Assembly (NCBI GenBank): GCA_965223505.1
Contig: CBDCWP010000021.1
Span: 256,001-320,000 of the forward strand
Reading direction: 5' to 3'
DNA: 64,000 bases
Origin: Planctomycetota bacterium
GTDB lineage: Bacteria > Planctomycetota > PLA2 > JAEUHO01
The notes under the pieces were generated by a model. The model searched no databases and was not told where the DNA came from. It saw only the letters and a program-made list of their open reading frames with translations. Positions 46,701 through 53,870 of this stretch are shown in pieces (the first letter of the stretch is position 1; every line of letters begins with the position of its first letter). A program made the position numbers and the translations under genes.

Positions 46701-47046
46701 CAACGTGCTTCGCGCGGCCGCACTTCTCAGCGACGGCCCGGTCATCGAGCCGGCCGTCGTGGAGCACGTGCTCGACTCTCGGCGTCGCGCACAGGCGAGC
46801 GCCCCGCGTCTCGCGGCTCCTCTGACCCCGCGCGCGCGAGAGATCGTGCTTCGCATGGGGGATCGCTGGTGTTCGACCCCGGAGCTGGCAGCAGAGCTCG
46901 GCGTCTCACCCCGGACGATCAACCGCGAACTGGCCGAGATGCTGGATTCGGGGCTCGTAGAGGCTTTCGGCCGCGCTCGTGCGCGGCGCTATCGCGCCTG
47001 TCGCGATTCGTCGGGTTTCGGCGTCGCCCAGCCCGAAGTCCACTAG
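43789..47046 (+). CDS. Sigma-54 enhancer-binding protein with a long unrecognised N-terminus and C-terminal winged HTH (start uncertain)
   Basis: GETGTGKE, VNCG, LFGHVRGAFTGA, LFFDE, WPGNVREL; ELAAELGVSPRTINREL HTH. Confidence 0.82.
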   Translation: MADANAHETAGREGPRNPLRAIALRTYAFSMRRCRPLLICCRPRARRSRRRGRPWWLRRRRFQLRVTIHACEVTEYGVVITFSLLRAMFTHGRFPRVIAFEYDPSLPAHRFVASTLLATADPTPNTLAELRRSPPQPQVPTRPSTSWWYRRGFMQEGVVRLGRTLERRPTRRVAWLAIVRLLSTPQPASRLRSDFVRIARKAAGVVAETDVVRVFGQDLIRYLLNEGDLDLRRYRDALRSVDETERDYLRAVVAILSARHAVSTAKSPAVRLVAAWRAERRSRRAGLLSLQGTARSFRRRMEGAYEDVARVMVRSHRTRALLPEASRFVSPANDWLFFALQQGRTPYSQIRAAIGCLADAWPNARVPIGVATALRLRDLRRCFPGSAERLRSVLAERSLLDNEFAQTTAPSASAANVLHILSAGILGEPLRRAFPLEPGHLAFLPALWRRHRPMGRNSARGGTLDRNAAVDLACSLVIHGQPVDRQQRRVLVSALRSERPWSRRLIVGMVACRMLLREGNVPLAGKQLVKAKDAYDGFRALCRQHDVEKQPDLLDDYESHCTRVLEAFTPRVAPGKHVVRTLERVIARLPRRRPRHPGRTLAALDAVITAGQSAPDQEIDQRVVRELARMLRARVLFHYAAGRYLSLEHQRRHTLSTWTMRRLVCDDEFLVKKVRRRPEFWRPEQRRPGGVIRFAVGRGVACLARKSPFRNREARAVRTVLRFLAERREKPQAPLTVARDIRGRRTREPRPIEGLVGTSRPWRRTLRNVWRFAPTDCSVIVLGETGTGKEGVARALHLASERAQGPFITVNCGAVHTETLASTLFGHVRGAFTGADRPRRGLFVAAHRGTLFFDELSEMPYDMQTALLRVLEERTILPLGATKPRRIDVRIVSATHSDIDAAVATGRLRSDLVHRLDVARLVLPPLRERMSDLPLLTSHLLARAEIAQTMHMDALEALARHTWPGNVRELDNVLRAAALLSDGPVIEPAVVEHVLDSRRRAQASAPRLAAPLTPRAREIVLRMGDRWCSTPELAAELGVSPRTINRELAEMLDSGLVEAFGRARARRYRACRDSSGFGVAQPEVH

Positions 47047-47129
47047 TTTTCCACAATTCTCCTTTTCGTGTGGAATCACAACTCTCGTCAAATGAATGAG
47101 TTGTGACCAATCGTCCACATGCGCCGGCT

Positions 47130-47145
47130 CGGCACGGCGAATGCG
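47130..47145 (+). promoter_or_regulatory. Sigma-54 (-24/-12) promoter candidate
   Basis: CGGCACG-GCGA-ATGC with exact GG-N10-GC spacing, downstream of two inverted repeats. Confidence 0.4.
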
Positions 47146-47380
47146 AAATGGCGGGCGATGTCGATCAAACAGCCCTTTCGCGCCGCGCCGGTCACCTTTC
47201 GGGCGCTCGCGGTGCTGCTCGTCCACTTCACGGGGCGCGGCGTTCCGCCGCGGGCCCATCTGCCCCCTGACCTCCCTGGTTCGTGGGGGACGCTCGCCCC
47301 GGTCTTTCGCTCGGCACGACCCGTGGAACCGCAGACGAAAGCGCTGCCGCCGTTCCGCATTCCGTATAACGGCGCACCGC

Positions 47381-49501
47381 ATGCGACTCTCTCTGCGCAC
47401 GGTCCTCCTCGGTTCGTTGCTCGCGATCCTCGTAGCGACCGTGGGGACGGTGGCAGCCGTCTCCCACACCAACTCGAAGGACATGGTCGACGACCTTGCC
47501 GGCCATACGAAGCGGCAGACCGCCGACCGCATCCACGATCAGATCCGCTCCCTCCTCGACCGCGCCGTGCTCGTCAGCGACGTCAACGTGAACGAGTTCG
47601 AGGGTCGCAAGCTCAGCTACGAGTCCTTCGAGAGTGTGACCAACCACTTCTACGAGTCGATGGCGTTGGTGGAGGAGCTGAGCTACCTCTCGCTCAGCCT
47701 GCCGACGGGTGACTACTGTCACGTCGACCGCAAGCCCGGCGCGGAGAGGTTGGCGATCGTCACGCGCAGACGTCTGGACGACCACAGCCTGCTCCATCGG
47801 TACGAAATCGAGAACGGGAAGCGCAAGCTGCTGTACGAGACGAAAGACGAGTACGACCCTCGCGTTCGTCCGTTCTACAAGCAGGCAGCGGAAGCCAAAC
47901 GACGGATCTGGACCGACGTCTACGCCTTCTTCAACTCGCCGGAGCCGGACTATCCCGGATTGTCGCTTGCGACCCCCGTCTACGACCCGGACACGAAGGC
48001 GCTCGCAGGTGTATTCACCGCGGACTTCAACATGGTGGAGCTCGGGCGATTCCTCGAGGGGTTGCCCATCTTCGACAACGGAACGGCGTTTCTCGTCGAG
48101 GTCGACCGCCAGGGTGTCCGCCATGTGATCGCGCATCCCAACTCGTCTCTTCTGCTGAAGACGGAGCCGGACGAGAAAGGGAACGACCGATCCGTGCTGC
48201 GCCGCATCGACGAGATCGAGAGTCCTGTCGTACGCGCGTTTCTGGCGCAGGTGCCGTCACATGGAGACCGACACGAACACCTGCAGCGGCTCGAGTTCAG
48301 CGTCGGTGATGACGACTACGTCGGGGCATACGATCCGCTCGTCAGTCGTCACGGCCTCGACTGGCACGTCGCGATCGTGGTCCCCCGCGACGACCTGATG
48401 AAGCAGGCAGATCGAAACATCGAGACGACGCTGCTGATCGGCGCCTTGAGCTTGATCCTGGCGCTGCTCCTCGGGATCTACCTCGCGGGTCGCGTGTCGC
48501 GCCCCGTGCGCGCGCTCGTCGATCAGACCGAGAAGATCGCCAAGATGCGTCTCGACCCGGCGCCCGAGCCGAGCTCCCGGTTCGAGGAGATCGCGCAGCT
48601 CGGAGCGGCCATGGAGGAGATGAAGACGGGCCTGCGCTCGTTCGGCAAGTACGTTCCCGCGGACCTCGTGCGAGAGATGCTCGAGTCCGGCGCCGAAGCC
48701 AAGCTCGGCGGCGAGCGCAGCACGCTCACGATCTACTTCTCCGACATCGAAGGATTCACCTCGATCGCGGAGAAGCTCGATCCGGAAGATCTCGTCGCGC
48801 TCTTGGGCGAGTACCTCGAGGAGATGAGCCGCGGCGTCGCGTCGACCGGCGGGACCGTGGACAAGTACATCGGTGACGCGGTGATGGCGTTTTGGGGCGC
48901 GCCCAATGACGACCCGAGCCACGCACAGAACGCTTGCGCCGCGGCGCTCGAGAACCAAAGGCGGCTCGCTGTCCTCAGAGAGGACTGGCGGGCCCGGGGA
49001 CAACCGGAGCTACGCGCGCGAATCGGCATCAGCTCCGGCGAGGTGATCGTCGGCAATCTCGGAAGCGAGTCGCGGCTGAACTACACGGTGATCGGCGACA
49101 CCGCGAACCTTGCCAGCCGGCTGGAAGCGCTCAACAAGTTCTACGGGACGTCGATTCTGATCAGCGCGGCGACGCACGGACGTGTGAAGCGCGCGTTCGT
49201 CGCGCGGCCGTTGGAGCGCGTGACGGTGAAGGGCAAGGAGGAGGGCGGCGTCGTCTACGAGCTGCTGGGCGAGGCCGGAGCCGTCGACGACGACACGCTA
49301 CGACTCGTCGAAGCGGCCACGGTGGGACTGGAACGGTTTCACTCTCGAAAGTTCGAGGAGGCGATCACGGCGTACGAGGAGGTGTTGCGGCTGCGAACAG
49401 GCGATGCGCTCGCGACGCTGATGATCGACAGCTGCCGCGCGTACCTGGAAACGGCGCCCCCACCTGGATGGGACGGCGTCCGTCGCATGACGAAGAAATA
49501 G
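47381..49501 (+). CDS. Class III adenylate cyclase (TM - dCache - HAMP - cyclase - TPR-like tail)
   Basis: YDPRVRPFY Cache motif; FSDIEGFT, DKYIGDAVM, GDTANLASRLE, VKGK. Confidence 0.92.
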   Translation: MRLSLRTVLLGSLLAILVATVGTVAAVSHTNSKDMVDDLAGHTKRQTADRIHDQIRSLLDRAVLVSDVNVNEFEGRKLSYESFESVTNHFYESMALVEELSYLSLSLPTGDYCHVDRKPGAERLAIVTRRRLDDHSLLHRYEIENGKRKLLYETKDEYDPRVRPFYKQAAEAKRRIWTDVYAFFNSPEPDYPGLSLATPVYDPDTKALAGVFTADFNMVELGRFLEGLPIFDNGTAFLVEVDRQGVRHVIAHPNSSLLLKTEPDEKGNDRSVLRRIDEIESPVVRAFLAQVPSHGDRHEHLQRLEFSVGDDDYVGAYDPLVSRHGLDWHVAIVVPRDDLMKQADRNIETTLLIGALSLILALLLGIYLAGRVSRPVRALVDQTEKIAKMRLDPAPEPSSRFEEIAQLGAAMEEMKTGLRSFGKYVPADLVREMLESGAEAKLGGERSTLTIYFSDIEGFTSIAEKLDPEDLVALLGEYLEEMSRGVASTGGTVDKYIGDAVMAFWGAPNDDPSHAQNACAAALENQRRLAVLREDWRARGQPELRARIGISSGEVIVGNLGSESRLNYTVIGDTANLASRLEALNKFYGTSILISAATHGRVKRAFVARPLERVTVKGKEEGGVVYELLGEAGAVDDDTLRLVEAATVGLERFHSRKFEEAITAYEEVLRLRTGDALATLMIDSCRAYLETAPPPGWDGVRRMTKK

Positions 49502-49543
49502 CGTTCGGGCTCGGGCTCGCGACGTGGCAGTCCCAAACAGGGC

Positions 49544-50479
49544 CTAGCCGTCCGGCAGCGCCGCCATCGCCTTCTTGCGACGGCTTCGAATGAAGAAGAA
49601 GGCCACCGCCGCGATCAGCGCGATGCCGAAGAAGATCGTCCCGGTCAGGTCGCGCCAAAGCAGGTGGTACCAGGGGTCGGCCGTCTCCTCGAGCCGCGTC
49701 TTCCAGCGCGCATGCCACTGATCCACCGAGTGCTCCGTGCGCTTCCAGATCAGGTAGTCGAACGGTCCGTCGAATCCCTCCCCCTGCGGCGCGCCCTTGC
49801 CGTCGGCCACGTCCAGCAACACCGCGTGAAGCGCCGGCCAGCCGGCCTCGGCGATGAAGAACCGCACCCAGCTGCGCCCCTGCTGATACGCCAAGCCCGC
49901 GCGGCCGGCCTTGGCCGGGAATCGGTCGCGGATCTGGTCGAACGGGATCAGTCGGTCGAACGCCGCGGCGAAGTCCAGCGACGCGCCCGCGTCCACGGAG
50001 ATGCCGCCCCCGATCTCCTCCGCCAGTCCCTCCTCGAGCCACAGCGGGATCTCGCGGCGATGTCTGCCCGAGCGGCGCGCCCATGCCAGGTGAACCCACT
50101 CGTGCCGCAACACCGTGTTGGCGGAGCTGAAGGGCGTCGGCGGCTCGATGCGTTCGGCGCGCAGCACGATCAAGGACTTCGAGCTCACGCACACGCCGCC
50201 TGCCCATTCCGGGACGCCGCTGCCGGCCTCGGCACGCATTCGCTCGAGCCCGGATACCACCCAGATCGTGGCGGGGCCGCCGACGAACTCGAACCCGAGG
50301 CGCGTCTCGACCTCCTGACTGATGGCCGGCACGAGCCGCACGACCCGGGGACCGATATCGTCCAACCCCTCGTCCCACCTCACGGTATGGCCGTCCGCGG
50401 TCTGCATCTCGCCCGCAAACGCCGGCACGAGACCGGCGAAGAAAGCGAGGACGAGCAGCAGCAGGACGGTGGTTCGCAT
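49544..50479 (-). CDS. Peptidase MA-like metallopeptidase with C-terminal membrane anchor
   Basis: Signal peptide; LRHEWVH, PLWLEEGLAE, LAY motif; C-terminal TM followed by basic residues. Confidence 0.82.
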   Translation of the reverse strand: MRTTVLLLLVLAFFAGLVPAFAGEMQTADGHTVRWDEGLDDIGPRVVRLVPAISQEVETRLGFEFVGGPATIWVVSGLERMRAEAGSGVPEWAGGVCVSSKSLIVLRAERIEPPTPFSSANTVLRHEWVHLAWARRSGRHRREIPLWLEEGLAEEIGGGISVDAGASLDFAAAFDRLIPFDQIRDRFPAKAGRAGLAYQQGRSWVRFFIAEAGWPALHAVLLDVADGKGAPQGEGFDGPFDYLIWKRTEHSVDQWHARWKTRLEETADPWYHLLWRDLTGTIFFGIALIAAVAFFFIRSRRKKAMAALPDG

Positions 50480-50781
50480 GAGCGGCCGGGCATCGTACGC
50501 GTGGGGTGGGCGCGACGCGCGAAGGCCGCATGTTCAGCCCCCGCGACATCGGCGCGGGGTTCCATCGGACCACCAGCGATCCGAACCTGTTTCTTTCCAA
50601 TGAGTTACGGCCTGGAGGAACACTTCGGCGGGCGTGGGCATGGGCCGTGCGAGAGGCCGGCCCTGTCTTGCGAAGCTCTCGTGGGTGAACGAGAGCGGGC
50701 CGGAGACCTCCGACGGGACGAGAATCGCGAGGACTGGGGATCGGGCCGGAGCCGAAAGGCTCCGGCCCGCTTTCGTTCGGT

Positions 50782-51213
50782 CTAGAACCGCACGAGCAGC
50801 ACGTCGCACGGGGCCTTGCGCATGACGCGCTCCGCCACGCTGCCGATCAGCAGGTGGTCCAGCCGCGAACGGCCGTGGGTCCCCATCACGATCAGGTCCG
50901 GCTCGAGCTCCCGCACGGCCTCCAGGATCACCGTCGCCGGCTTCCCTTCCTTCACCATCGTTCCGAAGTCGTGCTCCGGGTGCGCCCGCGCTTCCTGCTC
51001 GAGCTTCTCCACCGACAGTTGCTTGATCTTGTCGATGTCCTTGCGGTGAGGGTAGATCCCGAACGCGCTCTCCGTCACGACCGGGAGCCACTCCACGACG
51101 TGAAACAACGTGATCTTGCCTTCGGGCGCGGCCACCCGCATCGCCGTCTGAAGGATGCGCTGGGAAGACTCCGCGAAGTCGAGCGGCACCAGGATGTTGT
51201 CAAAGCCCTTCAA
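50782..51213 (-). CDS. Universal stress protein
   Basis: ILVPLDF, DLIVMGTHGR, IGSVAERV..APCDVLLV. Confidence 0.93.
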   Translation of the reverse strand: MKGFDNILVPLDFAESSQRILQTAMRVAAPEGKITLFHVVEWLPVVTESAFGIYPHRKDIDKIKQLSVEKLEQEARAHPEHDFGTMVKEGKPATVILEAVRELEPDLIVMGTHGRSRLDHLLIGSVAERVMRKAPCDVLLVRF

Positions 51214-51256
51214 CGCACCGCTCCAACGTCAATCCGCCGCGCGCCAGTATCGCACA

Positions 51257-53098
51257 TCACTTGGGCGCAACGAGCCGGTCCCCCGCGACGACGCGACGCG
51301 CATTCAGAAAGTCCTTCACGGCCATCACGCGCCCGCCGGACGGCCGCACCCGCAGGATGCGCAGCACGCCCTCGGCACATGCCACGTCGATGCCCTCCTT
51401 CGATGCCGCCAGCACCGTCCCCGGCCGAACCTCGGTCTGCGTCTGCACGGCCTCGGGATCGACTTGCACGGCCCCCTCGGCCTCCGACGCCGTAGCCGGG
51501 GCGCCCGCCCCCTCCGCCAGCCTGGGATCGTCCGCAGGCGCGCACTCCGCGACGATCAACGGCAACGGCTCGTGCTTCACCTTGGGCTGCCACGCCGTCT
51601 GCGCCCCGGGCCAGCTCGTCACCGAACGAATCTGGTTGTAGACGTCGGCCGCCGGCGCGTCCCAGTCGATCACGCCGTCCTCTTTCGTGAGCTTGCCCAC
51701 GTACGTCGCGGCCTCGTGGTCCTGCTCACTCGGCTCGATCTCGCCGTCCAGGTACGAACCGAGTGTGCGCACGAGCAGGTCGGCGCCGACCTCCGCCAGC
51801 TTCACGGTCAGCTCGTCCGCCGTCTCTGTGCCGTTGAGCTTGATTCCACGCTGCGCCACCATCGGTCCGTGATCGAGCTCCTCGTCCATGACGAAGATCG
51901 TCACGCCCGACTTCTTCTCGCCCGCCCGAATCGCCGCTGCGACCGGACTCGCCCCGCGGTACTTCGGGAGCAGGCTCACGTGCACGTTCAGGCACCCATG
52001 CTTCGGAAGGTCCAGAACACCGCGCCCGAGCTTCTGCCCGAACCCCGCCGTGATGACCACGTCGGGGTTCTCGGCCTTGATCGCATTGCGCGACGTCATC
52101 CCGTTTACGTCGCCCGTTCGATGCAACGGAAGCTCGAGAATCTCCGCCTCCTTGGCGACCGGCACCTCTTGCTTGCGCCGTCCACGGCCCGACTTGCGCG
52201 GCGGCGGCGTCACGACCAGCAGCGGCTTGAAACCCGCGCCCACCAACGACCGCAGTGACGGAACGGCGAAATCGGGCGATCCCATGAACACGACACGGGG
52301 GCCGGCGGGCGCGTCCTCGATCTCGATGTGGTCGAGCGTGTCGGCGGCGAGGTCCTTGTCGACCTCGCCCTGAATCTCCAGGCCGGCTTCCCGCAAGCGA
52401 ACCTGGATGTCGTTCAGGCCCTCCTGCGTAACCTCGACCTTGCGTAGCTTCATCAGCTCCAACAGCGCGAGGAACGCGCCGATCACGTACGTGCGGTCGC
52501 GCTTCGCCCCGATCAGCTCCGTGAAGCTGAGCGCGCCGCCCTCCGACGTGAGGTGATCGAAGATCAACCCGACGAAGTGCGTGATCGGAAGCCGCTCCTT
52601 CGGCATGTGCACCGACTCGTCGTCGCCCGTCTCGCGCATGAGCCGCTGGAAGGCCTCGACGAGCACGAACAAGTCCACCTCGAGCGGATCCTCGGACCGA
52701 TCACGCTGCGCGGCGGGCTGCGTCACCTTCGCCTGACGCTTGTCCCGTTGTTGCGCGGCGCGTTCTTCGAGCTCCGCCGAGATGTGCTTGAAGTCGCGGT
52801 ACTCGATGAGCTGCCGCACGAGGTCGAGCCGCGGATCGATCTCCTCGACATCGACCTCGGTTTCGCGCGGCAGCAGCGCACGGCTCTTCATGACGAGAAG
52901 CTGACTCGCCATGACCAGAAACTCACCGGCCTGGTCGACGTCGAGGTCTTGTACCTGGTTGCGACAGATGTCGAGGAAGCGGTCGGCGATGCGAGCGATC
53001 GAGATCTCGTAGATGTCGACCTCCTCCTGTTGCACGAGGTGCAGGAGCAGGTCCAGGGGGCCTTGAAAAGCGGCTAGATCGACGCGGAGCTCGTCCAT
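51257..53098 (-). CDS. fmt: Fusion protein: segregation/condensation protein A (ScpA kleisin) + methionyl-tRNA formyltransferase
   Basis: N-terminal FQGPLDLLLHL...FLVMASQLL..KSR...FLALLEL (ScpA); from ~52297 RVVFMGSPDFA, NVHVSLLPKYRGASP, DHGP (Fmt); a single uninterrupted ORF. Confidence 0.9.
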   Translation of the reverse strand: MDELRVDLAAFQGPLDLLLHLVQQEEVDIYEISIARIADRFLDICRNQVQDLDVDQAGEFLVMASQLLVMKSRALLPRETEVDVEEIDPRLDLVRQLIEYRDFKHISAELEERAAQQRDKRQAKVTQPAAQRDRSEDPLEVDLFVLVEAFQRLMRETGDDESVHMPKERLPITHFVGLIFDHLTSEGGALSFTELIGAKRDRTYVIGAFLALLELMKLRKVEVTQEGLNDIQVRLREAGLEIQGEVDKDLAADTLDHIEIEDAPAGPRVVFMGSPDFAVPSLRSLVGAGFKPLLVVTPPPRKSGRGRRKQEVPVAKEAEILELPLHRTGDVNGMTSRNAIKAENPDVVITAGFGQKLGRGVLDLPKHGCLNVHVSLLPKYRGASPVAAAIRAGEKKSGVTIFVMDEELDHGPMVAQRGIKLNGTETADELTVKLAEVGADLLVRTLGSYLDGEIEPSEQDHEAATYVGKLTKEDGVIDWDAPAADVYNQIRSVTSWPGAQTAWQPKVKHEPLPLIVAECAPADDPRLAEGAGAPATASEAEGAVQVDPEAVQTQTEVRPGTVLAASKEGIDVACAEGVLRILRVRPSGGRVMAVKDFLNARRVVAGDRLVAPK

Positions 53099-53345
53099 GC
53101 GCCCAGAGTCTACGCCCCCTGTTCCTCAGGCTTCGCTAAGCCCAACCCCCTTGAATTGGGGGCCGCCCGAGGGAACGACCGCAGGACCCCTTGTTCGTAT
53201 GGACGTAGGTGATCCGATGTGGGAAAACAAGCCCCGTCTACACCGCGCTTCGGGCGGAGGGATTGCAAGCCGAAGGCGTAGAATTGCGGGACAGCCGGAC
53301 GGCCGCCCCGGGGTGGGCTACGAAGGAGGCGAGGTGAGCTCGGTG

Positions 53346-53870
53346 ATGCGAAGGATCCGGCTCTTCGCGATGGACGTCGATGGGACCCTCACGGACGGAA
53401 CCATCACGTACACCGCGGATGGCAGCGAGTTGAAGACGTTTCACGCTCGCGACGGCCAAGGCATCAAGCTCCTTCGACTCGCCGGCATCGTCCCGGCGCT
53501 CATCAGCGGGCGCACGTCCGCACACGCCGCACGCCGGGCCGCCGAGCTCGGCATCGAAGAGGTGCACCAGGGCGTGCACGACAAGGCCGCCGTCCTCGAC
53601 GCGTTGTGCGCGCGCATGGGACTCTGTTCCGGCGACGCCGGCTTCATCGGCGACGACCTCTCCGACATTCCGGCCATGCGTCACGCGGGCTTCTCCGCGG
53701 CGCCGGCGAACGCCGCCCCGGAGACGCGCGCCGCCGCGACGTTCGTTTGCTCCGCCGACGGCGGCATGGGCGCCGTTCGTGAAGCGATCGAAGCCCTGCT
53801 TCGTTCCCAGAACCGCTGGGACGACGTCCTGTCCATGCTCGACGCGGCCGCGCAGGAGGCGGGAGCGTGA
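53346..53870 (+). CDS. kdsC: KDO 8-phosphate phosphatase
   Basis: MDVDGTLTDG, F..RDG.GI, IGDDLSD, GG.GAVRE. Confidence 0.9.
   Translation: MRRIRLFAMDVDGTLTDGTITYTADGSELKTFHARDGQGIKLLRLAGIVPALISGRTSAHAARRAAELGIEEVHQGVHDKAAVLDALCARMGLCSGDAGFIGDDLSDIPAMRHAGFSAAPANAAPETRAAATFVCSADGGMGAVREAIEALLRSQNRWDDVLSMLDAAAQEAGA

Noticed and set aside
47119..47712. 197-aa ORF just downstream of the sigma-54-like box
   Set aside because: Overlaps the adenylate cyclase in another frame and has shadow-like composition
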